Shown here: one piece after another, positions 32,119-42,180 of the stretch
Numbering within the stretch: the stretch's first letter is position 1
Layout of the letters: the number at the start of each line of letters is the position of its first letter
Assembly: GCA_964519305.1 (NCBI GenBank)
Contig: CAZFHY010000018.1
Span: 24,803-88,802 of the forward strand
From: Candidatus Undinarchaeota archaeon
GTDB taxonomy: Archaea > SpSt-1190 > JASMDC01
Direction of reading: 5' to 3'
Length of the DNA stretch: 64,000 nt
The notes under the pieces: model-generated
What the model was told of the DNA's origin: nothing
The model's database searches: none
What the model saw: only the letters and a program-made list of their open reading frames with translations
Translations under genes and position numbers: made by a program

Positions 32119-32221
32119 GACTACTTGAGAAACTCCTCGAGCAGGATCATCGTCAGCATCAACACGGGACCATGCACTTATGGCTGGTATCGATAAAAAA
32201 CCATCGTACACGGGACGCTGT

Positions 32222-33472
32222 CTATCCGACAGTGAAGTCCGAGGATTCGCTTATACGAGTCTTGGTGACCTTGTCATCGACAACGACCACCTTCATCTGG
32301 TAGTCGCCGGCCTCTACCGGTGACTTGAGCGACAGCTTGTACACGCCCCAGTTATCGGTACGAACGCACTTGCACATACCACACCGGGAATCGACCTCGC
32401 ACACGATGTCACCTTTACGACAGCCCGCCTCCCCCATCTCCGATTGGATGCACAGGATGACGGCGCCAACGGACGCGTGCTTCACCGGTGAGCCGTCCGG
32501 TTTGGACACCGATCCCTCCATTACGATGGGCTCGTCAGGGTAGAAGTACGACGAGACGACCAGTGGCGTCATGGACATGGGCTGGGACTTGATGACCACG
32601 GCGAACATCAGGATGGACATCGTGAGCATGATCATCGAGTGTTTGAACCCTGCGATCACCGAGCCGTCGCCGATCTCACCGGCGATGAGGCCATTGTAGA
32701 TACCCTCGATGTAGCACATGTTCATGAACAGGGTGCGGTAGCTGCCTGTGGTGAGCGCCTTCCCGCCTGTGGAACCGAACATGCTCGACAGACCCGAGGA
32801 CTTCTGCATCACGAGCAGGGGTTTGAGGATGGTCGTGAGAGCGTAGATAATGATGAGGAAGATGATGTGGATAACGTACATGATCATGACCTGTGCCGAC
32901 ATCTTGGCCTTCTGCTCGGCCTCCAGGTCCTTGACCAGACGTGCGTCCTGTGCCACCGACTCCATGGTCTCGGCGACGTCACCACCCGAGCGGTATGCCT
33001 CGATGATGATACCCATCGACTGCTGGATGAACGATGACTGGTTGTTACGTTCAATGAACATCTCGATGACACGGGGGAACGGGATACCCCAGGAGAGCTG
33101 GGATGCCATGATCCGGACCTCGGGCGAGAGCGGTCCGTAATCGGTCTTGGCGGCGTTGGTCAGACCCTGTGGGATGGTCATACCGGACCGACGCGCTTCT
33201 GCGATATAACGCAGGAAGTTGGGCAGGGACTCCTCCATCTTGTGGATACGGGAGAACTCCTGGTACTGGACGAAAGCGTAGGGCCCGCCCATGGAGAGCA
33301 CTCCTACGATGATGATCGATGCGAACGATTCGGCCCCCATGTCGGGGTCCGTGAACCGCATGAACACACCGTACATGATGATGCTCAGCCCGATGAACGC
33401 GGCGAAGATGACCACGAGCATCTGCTTGTCCTCGCGTATCTCAAGAAGCTTCTGACGCAGGCTCACGGGCAC
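32222..33472 (-). CDS. type IV pilus platform protein (TadC/T2SSF family) with C-terminal extracellular extension
   Basis: 'LPNFLRYIAEARRSGM...DYGPLSPEV...QLSWGIPF' and 'SGGDVAE'; Cys-rich beta C-terminal domain. Confidence 0.85.
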   Translation of the reverse strand: MPVSLRQKLLEIREDKQMLVVIFAAFIGLSIIMYGVFMRFTDPDMGAESFASIIIVGVLSMGGPYAFVQYQEFSRIHKMEESLPNFLRYIAEARRSGMTIPQGLTNAAKTDYGPLSPEVRIMASQLSWGIPFPRVIEMFIERNNQSSFIQQSMGIIIEAYRSGGDVAETMESVAQDARLVKDLEAEQKAKMSAQVMIMYVIHIIFLIIIYALTTILKPLLVMQKSSGLSSMFGSTGGKALTTGSYRTLFMNMCYIEGIYNGLIAGEIGDGSVIAGFKHSMIMLTMSILMFAVVIKSQPMSMTPLVVSSYFYPDEPIVMEGSVSKPDGSPVKHASVGAVILCIQSEMGEAGCRKGDIVCEVDSRCGMCKCVRTDNWGVYKLSLKSPVEAGDYQMKVVVVDDKVTKTRISESSDFTVG

Positions 33473-33551
33473 ACCTCCTTGTACGGTAGCATCAGGTCCC
33501 TATATAGACTATACGTGTCGCGAGAATAAAAAACCATCGTTCCGGTGCCGC

Positions 33552-34511
33552 TCATGTCGACACCACCACATAGACGATGACGACGAAAGTGAGCGCCCCC
33601 AGGATGAGTATCTCGTATGTGCTGTCCGCCTTGGCCACAGGTGACATGGTCATGACCATGACGATGAATCCGTCCGCCGCTAGTGGCAACATTATCAACA
33701 TGCCCTTCTGGAGGAGAGGCATGATGCTCCCCCCGCCCATGACCGTCATGACCGCAGACATGACCACGAAGAACACTGATCCTACGATGACGACGGTGAT
33801 GTACATCTCCACCAACATCGAAAGCTGCTCTACGTAGGAGTCCAGTGATCGGCGGTACACGTTCATGTACTCGCGCGACTTCTCGTGGAGGAGGATCTTG
33901 AGGTCACCGCCCGTGGTGATCGTATCCTTGATATCCCACAGCAGGTCCTTGAACTGCTCGGACGCCTGGCGTCCGGAGGCGCGCTCCAGGGCGGTGGGTA
34001 CGTCCATACCGAAGATCTCGATATCACGGGTGATGAGCTTTGCCTCCTGGCTCACGTCCCCGTACTGGTCGAACTTCGACATGATCTTGAAGATGTTCTG
34101 CGGCGGCATCCCTGATCCTGCCATTGTGGCCAGGTACGTCGTTGCGAACGGTAGGATGTTGTCGATGGACTTCTTCTTCCCAGCGACGATGATCGCTGGA
34201 TAGACATAGAACATCGTAAGTACCGCCACGAACATGAACGTCCAACCGAACACCGCTCCGAACACGACGATGATGATCGTGTTAGGTGCGAATGGGTCCA
34301 GGAGGATCATCAGCACGCACGTGGGAACAAGAAGGAGGATGGGCAGGATCAGAGAGCTCATGATGGCCGCGGACACGTACTCCTCTGCCGTCAGACGGAT
34401 GCTGGCCTTACGCAGGTCGTTGCGGATGTCGGTGAGCGACGAGCCGTACGACTCGACAAGGCTGCCGAACAGTGAGTATGAGAAACGAAGATACTCTTCC
34501 GCAAAGGTCAT
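33552..34511 (-). CDS. type IV pilus platform protein (TadC/T2SSF family)
   Basis: 'ILPFATTYLATMAGSG', 'RDIEIFGMD..TAL' and 'TGGDL' motifs. Confidence 0.88.
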   Translation of the reverse strand: MTFAEEYLRFSYSLFGSLVESYGSSLTDIRNDLRKASIRLTAEEYVSAAIMSSLILPILLLVPTCVLMILLDPFAPNTIIIVVFGAVFGWTFMFVAVLTMFYVYPAIIVAGKKKSIDNILPFATTYLATMAGSGMPPQNIFKIMSKFDQYGDVSQEAKLITRDIEIFGMDVPTALERASGRQASEQFKDLLWDIKDTITTGGDLKILLHEKSREYMNVYRRSLDSYVEQLSMLVEMYITVVIVGSVFFVVMSAVMTVMGGGSIMPLLQKGMLIMLPLAADGFIVMVMTMSPVAKADSTYEILILGALTFVVIVYVVVST

Positions 34512-36508
34512 TAGACCTCACCGCGCGTCCATTGCCGGATCCTCTCGGGATCCACGTAGTAGGTCTCGATGAACTTCGATACACGCTCGAAGTCCGTGAT
34601 GTTGTTGTCATTGAGCCATTCAATGAGCTTCGACCGTCTGTAGAGCTCGGCGAGGACCTCGTCCTTGGAGATACCGCGGTTGACCCTGACCTTCTCCATG
34701 ACCACGCTCTCCTCGAGCGCGGCGATGTTGTCCTCGGTGGGGTCCCACTCGAACACGAACCGGGTGACTACCTCCTTGGTGTCCCCGTCCACGCCCGCTA
34801 TCTCCACGAGCTGGTTGACGCGGCGCACATAGTGCTTGCCCAAACGTGCACGGATGAGGAACACGACGATGTCAAGGCTCTCGAGGAGCACCGCGGGAAG
34901 GTTGATCGGCTTTGTTGTGAGACGATTGATGAGCTTCTCCATGTTCTCTGCGTGGATGGTGCCCATCCCGGCGTGACCCGTGGACATGGCCTGGAACATG
35001 ATGGCGGCCTCGTCGCCACGCACCTCCCCCACGAGGAGGTAATCAGGGCGCTGACGCAGTGCGGCCTTGAGCAGGTCGAACATCGATACTCCGCCCACAC
35101 CATGCGAGCCCGCAGCGGCCCGTGCCACCTGGGGCAGCCAGTTGGGGTGGGGCAGACGCAGCTCTGCTGTGTCCTCGATAGAGACGATCTTCTGTTCGGG
35201 CTTGATGAAGAGAGAGATGGCGTTGAGCATGGTCGTCTTTCCCGTGGCTGTAGCTCCGGAAACGAGGACCGATTTGCTCCCCTCTACCGCGAGCCACAGG
35301 TAAGCGAGCACCTCGGGCGTCACCGTACCGGACCGCACCATCTTGATGGGCGTGACCGGCTCCTTCGAGAACTTACGGATGGTGAAGTTGGAACCGCGCT
35401 TGGATATATCGGTACCGAAGGTAGCCTGGACACGGCTCCCGTCGGGCAACGCTCCGTCGAGTAGAGGGTCGGCCACTGAGATGGCCCTGCCACACCGCTG
35501 GGAGAGCTTCATGACGAAGTTGTCCAACAGGTCCTTGCTCTCGAACTCTACCGACGTGGCGATCTCACCGAAGAGAGGATTGTTATGGGCGATAAAGACC
35601 GGGATGCTGTAGCCATCGCACGAGATGTCCTCAATAGCGGGATCATGGAGCAGGGGCTCGAGGTTGTTGAGCCCTATGAAGTCGCGGACGACGAAGTAGA
35701 TGACCTTCTCCAGCTGGTCGGGAGAAAGAACGTAGCCGAAGTAGTTCAGGAACTCGTACACCTTGTTGACGAGGAACTCTTGCTGGAACGCGCCCCCACC
35801 CTCGAAGTTGACGTCCATGCGTTCCTGGAGCTTCACTTGGATCTCCTTGAACACCTGTTCCTCCTCGGGCGACATCTGGGGCTCGATGACCGTGTAGACC
35901 AGCGATTTGGTCTGCTGGTTGTAGCGGATATTGGCCCACGTCAGGGTGCGCTCCGGGTTCAGAGGGCTCTGCATGAGCGGGTACGTCTGGTTGACGTTCC
36001 TTAGCTCCTGGGATTCCTCCTCTTTCGCCCGCTGGATCTCCTCGAACTTGTCCTCCAGCCCGAGCTCGGCCATCTCCTCCAGGGTGAGGAGCTTGATGCC
36101 CGCCTGTTTGTCAGAGGCTCCTGGCCGCCTCTTGGACGCGACCTTCACTTCGCCCCCGCCACCACCGCCGCTCGCTTGCTGGCGCATGGCGCGCATCTCT
36201 TCGAGGAGCGCTTCCTGCTGGAAGCCGAACTCCTCGATGAGCCCTTCATCACTTCCGCCGCTCCTGGGAGCGGGTGCCGGCATGGAGTCCATGCGCTGGA
36301 GGATCTTGAGGATAGCGGCCTCGACAGCGGGGCTCGATACCCCGCCACCTCCGCCGCCGGTCACGATGACCGGTGCCGGTGCGACATCGACGTTCACGGG
36401 ATTGATCGAGGCACGTATGACGCGTTTCCTGTCGCGATGGCTCTTCCTTCTAATGAGCGAGAGTTTACCCTTCACGATCCCATCAACGATGCGCTTCTTC
36501 TTTTTCAC
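34511..36508 (-). CDS. type IV pilus/T2SS assembly ATPase (VirB11/TadA/FlaI family)
   Basis: Walker A GATATGKT, SIEDTAEL, LRQRPDYLLVGEVRG and TGHAG.GTIHA; long N-terminal extension. Confidence 0.93.
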   Translation of the reverse strand: MKKKKRIVDGIVKGKLSLIRRKSHRDRKRVIRASINPVNVDVAPAPVIVTGGGGGGVSSPAVEAAILKILQRMDSMPAPAPRSGGSDEGLIEEFGFQQEALLEEMRAMRQQASGGGGGGEVKVASKRRPGASDKQAGIKLLTLEEMAELGLEDKFEEIQRAKEEESQELRNVNQTYPLMQSPLNPERTLTWANIRYNQQTKSLVYTVIEPQMSPEEEQVFKEIQVKLQERMDVNFEGGGAFQQEFLVNKVYEFLNYFGYVLSPDQLEKVIYFVVRDFIGLNNLEPLLHDPAIEDISCDGYSIPVFIAHNNPLFGEIATSVEFESKDLLDNFVMKLSQRCGRAISVADPLLDGALPDGSRVQATFGTDISKRGSNFTIRKFSKEPVTPIKMVRSGTVTPEVLAYLWLAVEGSKSVLVSGATATGKTTMLNAISLFIKPEQKIVSIEDTAELRLPHPNWLPQVARAAAGSHGVGGVSMFDLLKAALRQRPDYLLVGEVRGDEAAIMFQAMSTGHAGMGTIHAENMEKLINRLTTKPINLPAVLLESLDIVVFLIRARLGKHYVRRVNQLVEIAGVDGDTKEVVTRFVFEWDPTEDNIAALEESVVMEKVRVNRGISKDEVLAELYRRSKLIEWLNDNNITDFERVSKFIETYYVDPERIRQWTRGEV

Positions 36509-36546
36509 GGCCGCATCCGCCCTCGTAGCCAGCGAGAACCGCGTGG

Positions 36547-37173
36547 CTACTGCATCTCTTCAATACATAATGCGTTATATACTTTATCGGACCCGATCAT
36601 GCGGTACGGCTTGAAGAGACGTACTACCATCTTTCTTCCGCTGGGGAAAGCTATGGGGAATATCTCACCATAGAAATCGCTAGTCGGCGACTCTTCCTTC
36701 CAGCTCTTACAATTACAGCAGGAGACGTTAACGTCCTCAAGACCGGTGACTAGTACGTCCTTGCGCGCCTTGCCCGGGATCTTGACGGACACGACGATGG
36801 CCTTCTTCCGCCGGTCGTGGGACACGTGCATCAGATAGGGCTCGTTCGCGAGCATCTCGGGGATGTCGAGGCGCAGCTCTGAGACTGCGATGGGGTCCGG
36901 TGTCGGCGATTTCAGGTGTTTGCCCGATTCGTATACGATGAGGATCGCCGAGGCGGTGTAGTCCGCGATCTCTTCGATGTACCGCTCTATCAGGATCGTG
37001 ACGACCTTCTCGTTCGTGAATGAGAACACAGTCGCTACCATCCCGAGCACCATGACACCGGCGCCGAAGGTCAGGACAGCCTCAATGATGAGCTGCTGTC
37101 CACGCTCATGTGTGAGTATACGGGAACGTGGCCCACGCGGCCGGCGGACGGAGCGTCGGCGGTTCACCATCAC
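36547..37173 (-). CDS. class III signal peptide (pilin-like) protein
   Basis: 'RG|QQLIIEAVLTFGAGVMVL' prepilin cleavage motif plus hydrophobic helix. Confidence 0.7.
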   Translation of the reverse strand: MMVNRRRSVRRPRGPRSRILTHERGQQLIIEAVLTFGAGVMVLGMVATVFSFTNEKVVTILIERYIEEIADYTASAILIVYESGKHLKSPTPDPIAVSELRLDIPEMLANEPYLMHVSHDRRKKAIVVSVKIPGKARKDVLVTGLEDVNVSCCNCKSWKEESPTSDFYGEIFPIAFPSGRKMVVRLFKPYRMIGSDKVYNALCIEEMQ

Positions 37174-37179
37174 AGTGAC

Positions 37180-38271
37180 CTAGTCCAGGGATACCTCTAC
37201 GGTAATCTCCTTGGTCGTCCATTGCTCACCTGGCTTTGGCGGCAAGGTCTTGTCGAACCGATAACGGATCGTGATGGTATGCGAGCCCGCCGGAGCGAGA
37301 GTGATCTGTCCGGGCTTGAGCTTGATGTCGTAGGCGATGTTGTCCTGCGAGTCGTAGATGGGCCGGCACTTGATACGGATGATCGCGCGTCGGTTCTGTG
37401 AGGGGCTCAGCGAGCGGGCGATGATCACGCACGGCTTGCTCTTACCCTTCATGCCCATCTTATCGACATAACCTGAGAGGAGCCGAAGACCGATGGCGAC
37501 CAGGTCGCCGGTGTTCAGCTCGGCCACCTGCCACTTGGTGTCCCCGACCGTGACACGGTCGTTCTTGGTCTTCCAAGCGCCCTGGCATCCGTTCTCGCTC
37601 TCCTCGAGCGCGTCGTTCTTCCACGGGACCATACAGGAATAGGACTGTCGGCCAGTGTCGCACACGAGAGCACGGTACTCGTTCGACTCGATGGTGATGA
37701 TGTTGTCAGATACACCGAAGTAGCTGGGGCCTCCAAGCTCCTTGCAGCTGGTGAAATAGGGGACGTACTCGCCGTTCCCTGTAGGATCGAACGCCTTCCA
37801 GAACTCCCATGAGTCCATGCCCTTGCACTGTGCATCACGCGATGACTTCTTCTGATCATCGCCCTGATGCCCCATGTTGTAACACCAGGCTGTCACGAAC
37901 TTCGCGTTCTCCTGCAACGGTAGTTCTGTCCCGGTCAGCGGGACCCAGGCCGTTGACGCGAGCATGGGGATGTTGGTCTCGATCTCGTACTGGAGCACGT
38001 ACTCGCCGGTACCCTCCTCGGTTATGAGCTTGAGGACTCCGCGGTCGTACTCTACCGGCACGACCTTCTGCTGCTTCTGCATGGCGGCGTTCTCCACACC
38101 GTCATTGATCGACGATAGCATCTCCTTGGCGTACTCGATGCGACGCTGGTCTGTCGCTTTTTGCATGATGGGCTGTGCCCAGATATAGGTACCTGCCACG
38201 GCGGCCAGCAGGATGCCCGTGATGAGCACTGCCGACATAATGTTGACTTGACCCCGCGTCCACCGTGCCAT
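37180..38271 (-). CDS. large pilin-like protein with Cys-rich insert
   Basis: 'RG|QVNIMSAVLITGILLAAV' class III signal; 8 Cys. Confidence 0.75.
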   Translation of the reverse strand: MARWTRGQVNIMSAVLITGILLAAVAGTYIWAQPIMQKATDQRRIEYAKEMLSSINDGVENAAMQKQQKVVPVEYDRGVLKLITEEGTGEYVLQYEIETNIPMLASTAWVPLTGTELPLQENAKFVTAWCYNMGHQGDDQKKSSRDAQCKGMDSWEFWKAFDPTGNGEYVPYFTSCKELGGPSYFGVSDNIITIESNEYRALVCDTGRQSYSCMVPWKNDALEESENGCQGAWKTKNDRVTVGDTKWQVAELNTGDLVAIGLRLLSGYVDKMGMKGKSKPCVIIARSLSPSQNRRAIIRIKCRPIYDSQDNIAYDIKLKPGQITLAPAGSHTITIRYRFDKTLPPKPGEQWTTKEITVEVSLD

Positions 38272-38276
38272 AGGAC

Positions 38277-38783
38277 CTACCTCCCTCGACGACCGGCCCT
38301 TTGTGATTCCTTTTCCAAGCTCTCGAGCTTCTGGAGACCCTTCTCGACCTCACCGAGCTTACCCAGTTCGCCCGAGATGACCTTGAGACTGTTGATGAGT
38401 GCAGCGTTCTGCTCGATGACCTTGTCCATCTTCTCATCGGCAACACCGCTGCCGCCGCCGCCTCCGCCGCCGCCACGGTAGCTACCGCCCTCGCCGGCGA
38501 GTTCGGCCTCGGTGGCCTCGCCCAGGATCTCTACGAGCTTGTCCATAGAGGTCACGAGCCTGTCGATGCGGTCGGTGGTGCGAGAGAGCTTGCTCACAAG
38601 ATCACCGTGAAGGCGTACCATGTCATCGACGATCTTCTGGTTCATCTTCAGGATGTCCACGATTTCGTTGACGAGGAACGCAGTGGAGCCGCCTTCTTTG
38701 TTCTTCTTGAGATCTGCGATCTCCTTCTCCATCCTTCGGATGGGTGTTAGTGGGATGAGCTCGTATTCAGCTTGATCAGCCAT
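38277..38783 (-). CDS. coiled-coil protein heading the pilus operon
   Basis: 'EYELIPLTPIRRMEKEI', long heptad helices and a poly-Gly linker; first gene after a TATA box at about 38835-38843. Confidence 0.75.
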   Translation of the reverse strand: MADQAEYELIPLTPIRRMEKEIADLKKNKEGGSTAFLVNEIVDILKMNQKIVDDMVRLHGDLVSKLSRTTDRIDRLVTSMDKLVEILGEATEAELAGEGGSYRGGGGGGGGSGVADEKMDKVIEQNAALINSLKVISGELGKLGEVEKGLQKLESLEKESQRAGRRGR

Positions 38784-38997
38784 GATAATCACGTCTCCGG
38801 TCCGCTCTCTTAGTTGAGAACTAGGGGTTCGTAGTATTTATAATTTTGTTGACGCAAAAACATTTAATATGCGCCCCGGTGGGCGTGACAGTCATGCTCA
38901 CAGGCACCGCCCCGGGCGGTGCTCCATCAAATCACACTCCGCTGCGTTATCGCGGCGTCATCCATCACTTCCTGAATGCTCCTGAGGTGAACCCAAG

Positions 38998-40323
38998 ATG
39001 AGTCTAATCGATGTTCTGAGTTCAATCCATCCCGCAGACCGCGTTCTCGTCGTTTTTACCGGCGATGCTGACGGCTGTACCTCGGCCTCGCTCTTCAGCC
39101 TGTTCCTAGAGAGCGTCGGCACGGCCTACACCATATACACTCCGGAAAACGGCGATCCCCGGATCACGCTGTCGCTGGTAGAAAAGGCCCGTGACTACGA
39201 CTACACCGTGGTGCTCGATATCGCCCACCGTCCACGAGATGTCTATGAGGAGCTCGCGAAGGTGACCAAGGTGATCGTCATCGACCACCATCTGGACAGC
39301 GAACCGTTCGATGTCCCGGACGTCGTGTACTACAATCCCACCGTCACCGAGGGACGGAAGGCCCCCGTGGCCTATCTGGTCTACGAGCTCATCAACGAGT
39401 TGGGCGAGTTCGAGCGCTTCTGCTGGATCTGCCTGCTGGGCGTAGCCGGCGACAAGGAACAGGACCGGTTCCCCGAGCTCGTAGAGGAGACATTCACGCG
39501 GTTCCCTAACCTACGGGGAGGTCCCTCGTACGGCGACTTCGCCATGACACGCTTCCTCATCGGAATCATCGCCTGCGGGCGTGCATACGCTGGCGGCAAG
39601 GGTGCGGTGCTGGCGGTGGAGGTGCTCAACCATGCCGGGAAGAACGAGTCACCAGAGATGGTCGTATCCGGCCCCCCTGGCGCAGCCGAGCTCTTCCACT
39701 ACCGGCTGAGCACGAACCGAGTGGTACGCAACCTCGTGGACGTCCACGATAAGCATGCCACTTTCGTTCCTGACAAGGCCCTCATCTACTATCCCATCGA
39801 GTCCACACTATACATCCAGAACTACCTGGCCGGTATCATCAGGGCCAGGCGCCCCGAGTGGGTCTGCACGGTCGTGAACACCGCCCTCGAAGAGGACGCT
39901 GCGTTGGTGGAGCTGCGCACGGGAAGGGAAGGGATGAACCTCCGGGACCTGGCCACCGCTGCCATCAAGGGTATCGACGGGGCCGACGCATCGGGACACC
40001 CCGAAGCGGCCCATGCTAGGATACCTGCCACCGCGATAGATGTGTTCCGCGAGAACCTCACAGAGGCCCTGGCCTCGGTCGAGCCACCATCGGACGTGGG
40101 GTCCGACAGCTGGCGGCGAAGGCCACGACGGCCGAGACGTCCCGGGGAGCCCGAGAGGTACGGAGCCCCCGAAAAGGAGGCATCGACCGATAAGGCCGAG
40201 AGCTCCGATGAGAAGAAGACCGATACCCCGGAACCCAGTGAGGAAGTGACGCCTCCCCCTGCCGTTGAAGATGCCCCGGAAGAGGCCCCTGCCGCCGCGC
40301 CCGATGCGCCGGGACCGGAGTAG
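38998..40323 (+). CDS. DHH-family phosphoesterase (RecJ-like) with acidic Pro-rich tail
   Basis: DADG, LDI, IDHH, GVAGD and SGHPEAA motifs; SD GAGGTGA upstream. Confidence 0.82.
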   Translation: MSLIDVLSSIHPADRVLVVFTGDADGCTSASLFSLFLESVGTAYTIYTPENGDPRITLSLVEKARDYDYTVVLDIAHRPRDVYEELAKVTKVIVIDHHLDSEPFDVPDVVYYNPTVTEGRKAPVAYLVYELINELGEFERFCWICLLGVAGDKEQDRFPELVEETFTRFPNLRGGPSYGDFAMTRFLIGIIACGRAYAGGKGAVLAVEVLNHAGKNESPEMVVSGPPGAAELFHYRLSTNRVVRNLVDVHDKHATFVPDKALIYYPIESTLYIQNYLAGIIRARRPEWVCTVVNTALEEDAALVELRTGREGMNLRDLATAAIKGIDGADASGHPEAAHARIPATAIDVFRENLTEALASVEPPSDVGSDSWRRRPRRPRRPGEPERYGAPEKEASTDKAESSDEKKTDTPEPSEEVTPPPAVEDAPEEAPAAAPDAPGPE

Positions 40324-40374
40324 GATATTTGTCGGAGGTCGGCATCCCTGGACACGGACGAGCCTGAGGCGATC

Positions 40375-40887
40375 GTGACCGCACAGGACGAGGACGACGA
40401 GGTCTGGGATTCCTATCCCTTGGGACATGTCCTTACCTCGAACCTCCTAACGTTCATCGTCGTGGGCGTTGCTTACATCGGGATGAAGCCGATGGCCGAT
40501 GGCCTTGTAGCCGATGTCTACCTGGCCGTGTTCATCTTCGATTATCTTGTCCTCGCCCCATTACTCAGATGTCGTAAATGCCCCTACTTCGGCTCGCGAT
40601 GCAGCAGCGGGCGAGGATGGCTCGCTTCGAAGTTCTTCTATCCAAAGACCGGGGAGCATGGTTCGGGCGACATGCTCGCAGCCCTGCACTGGACGGTATG
40701 GTTCCAGGTGTTCCCGGCGCTCGCCCTTCTCTACCTAGTTGTGGACGAGTTCTCGGACCGTAGAGCAGCGTTCATGGCGATGTTCCTGCTCCTCCAGTTC
40801 GTATGGTCACGGGCGCGGTTGCAGCTCAGTTGCCTGCACTGTCGCGAGCGGGAGACTTGCCCCGTCTCGCCCTACTCCGAGATGTGA
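40375..40887 (+). CDS. membrane protein with two Cys clusters
   Basis: 4 TM; CRKCPYFGSRC and CLHCRERETCP. Confidence 0.7.
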   Translation: MTAQDEDDEVWDSYPLGHVLTSNLLTFIVVGVAYIGMKPMADGLVADVYLAVFIFDYLVLAPLLRCRKCPYFGSRCSSGRGWLASKFFYPKTGEHGSGDMLAALHWTVWFQVFPALALLYLVVDEFSDRRAAFMAMFLLLQFVWSRARLQLSCLHCRERETCPVSPYSEM

Positions 40888-40896
40888 TGTGACGGA

Positions 40897-41322
40897 TCAC
40901 TCGCTGTCCGCGAGCTCGATCTTGATTCCTTCGAAGTGCTCGAGCGTCTGATGGATCACACAGCTCTCAGCGGTCCTTAGCACAGCACGCTCACGCTTTC
41001 CGAGCTCCACTCCGGGTGGCATGGCGATGGTGGCCTTGATGTCCGTGAGCATGTACTTCCCCTTGGTGGGCGACTCTTTCTTACCGTAGCTCACGGTCAC
41101 TGTCATCCCGGTGATGTCGATCCCGGCGCTGTTGCAGTAGCCCTTGATGAACGCAGTGATGCAGGTGCCCAGCGACGCGGCGAACGTGGGGAGGGGCAAC
41201 ATGGCCCGTCCGTCACCACCCCATGCACGAGGCAGGTCGACGAGCAAGGTATGCTCTCCCTGCCGGGCCTCCATCAACCCGTCCTCCTTCAGTTCCACCA
41301 CGACATCGGACATCTCGATCAA
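40897..41322 (-). CDS. OsmC-family protein
   Basis: 'D.P...GG.G....P...F.ASLGTC' and 'C.IHQTL' Cys pair. Confidence 0.85.
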   Translation of the reverse strand: MIEMSDVVVELKEDGLMEARQGEHTLLVDLPRAWGGDGRAMLPLPTFAASLGTCITAFIKGYCNSAGIDITGMTVTVSYGKKESPTKGKYMLTDIKATIAMPPGVELGKRERAVLRTAESCVIHQTLEHFEGIKIELADSE

Positions 41323-42173
41323 TCCTGTTCAATCCGCCGGTCCTTTTCTACCTTGCCTTGTGCAGCAGGTTTGTCCGGATCACGACCGACGATCCCATGC
41401 TCTTCAGCGATCCTGTTCATCCTGTGGAGAACACCCTCGAGCGTCTGGAACTCGCGCCGGGTGATCCCTGTCCTCCCTGATAGGTTCATCAGGGTCCGAA
41501 GGATCCGTGGCTCGTTCTCAGGGCGAAGGAACCCGATGCGGTACAGGGTGCGCCGGCCAAGGTCCATCAGTCGATCCTGGTCGGCGGCGGGAACGTATCG
41601 CGGGACCTTATCCCGGTCGGTCGTGACCGAGTTGCACCATACCTCGTAGAGCATCACGACGACGGCATGGGACAGGTTGAGGGAATGGAAGTCCGGGTCC
41701 GCAGGTATGGCGACCACGGCATGGCAGACATCGGTCTCCGCCTCGGTGAGGCCTGTCCGCTCGCATCCGAACAGCAGGGCAACGCGGTTGGAAACCATCT
41801 GGCCCGTCGCCTCTTCTGCGAAGCTGTTGGCGGTGATGGTCCGCCGGTTGCGGTGCGCACGACCGGCCGTCCCGTACACGAAGGCACAATCAGCGATCGC
41901 CTCCTCCAGCGTGTCGACGAACCGCACCCGGTCCAGAAGCCATGAGGCGCCTACTGCACGCTTCTCGGCCTTTTCCCTGTCGAACCAGTCCATGCCCACA
42001 ACGGTGAGGTGCCGTGCTCCGAAGTTGCCCATGGCACGGGCGCAGGACCCCACGTTCCCGCTCTCACGGGGCCGGACAAGCACCACCTCGAGATTGTCCA
42101 GATGTGCAGGGGCCGCGATGGAACTCTCAGGGAGGATGTCCTCGCGTACCTTGGGCGGTCGCTTGTGTGTCAT
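41319..42173 (-). CDS. trmJ: TrmJ-family SPOUT tRNA 2'-O-methyltransferase
   Basis: VLVRP..SGNVGSCARAMGNFG, LFGCERTGLT and SLNLSHAV motifs; start uncertain. Confidence 0.88.
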   Translation of the reverse strand: MTHKRPPKVREDILPESSIAAPAHLDNLEVVLVRPRESGNVGSCARAMGNFGARHLTVVGMDWFDREKAEKRAVGASWLLDRVRFVDTLEEAIADCAFVYGTAGRAHRNRRTITANSFAEEATGQMVSNRVALLFGCERTGLTEAETDVCHAVVAIPADPDFHSLNLSHAVVVMLYEVWCNSVTTDRDKVPRYVPAADQDRLMDLGRRTLYRIGFLRPENEPRILRTLMNLSGRTGITRREFQTLEGVLHRMNRIAEEHGIVGRDPDKPAAQGKVEKDRRIEQD

Positions 42174-42180
42174 GGTGGAG

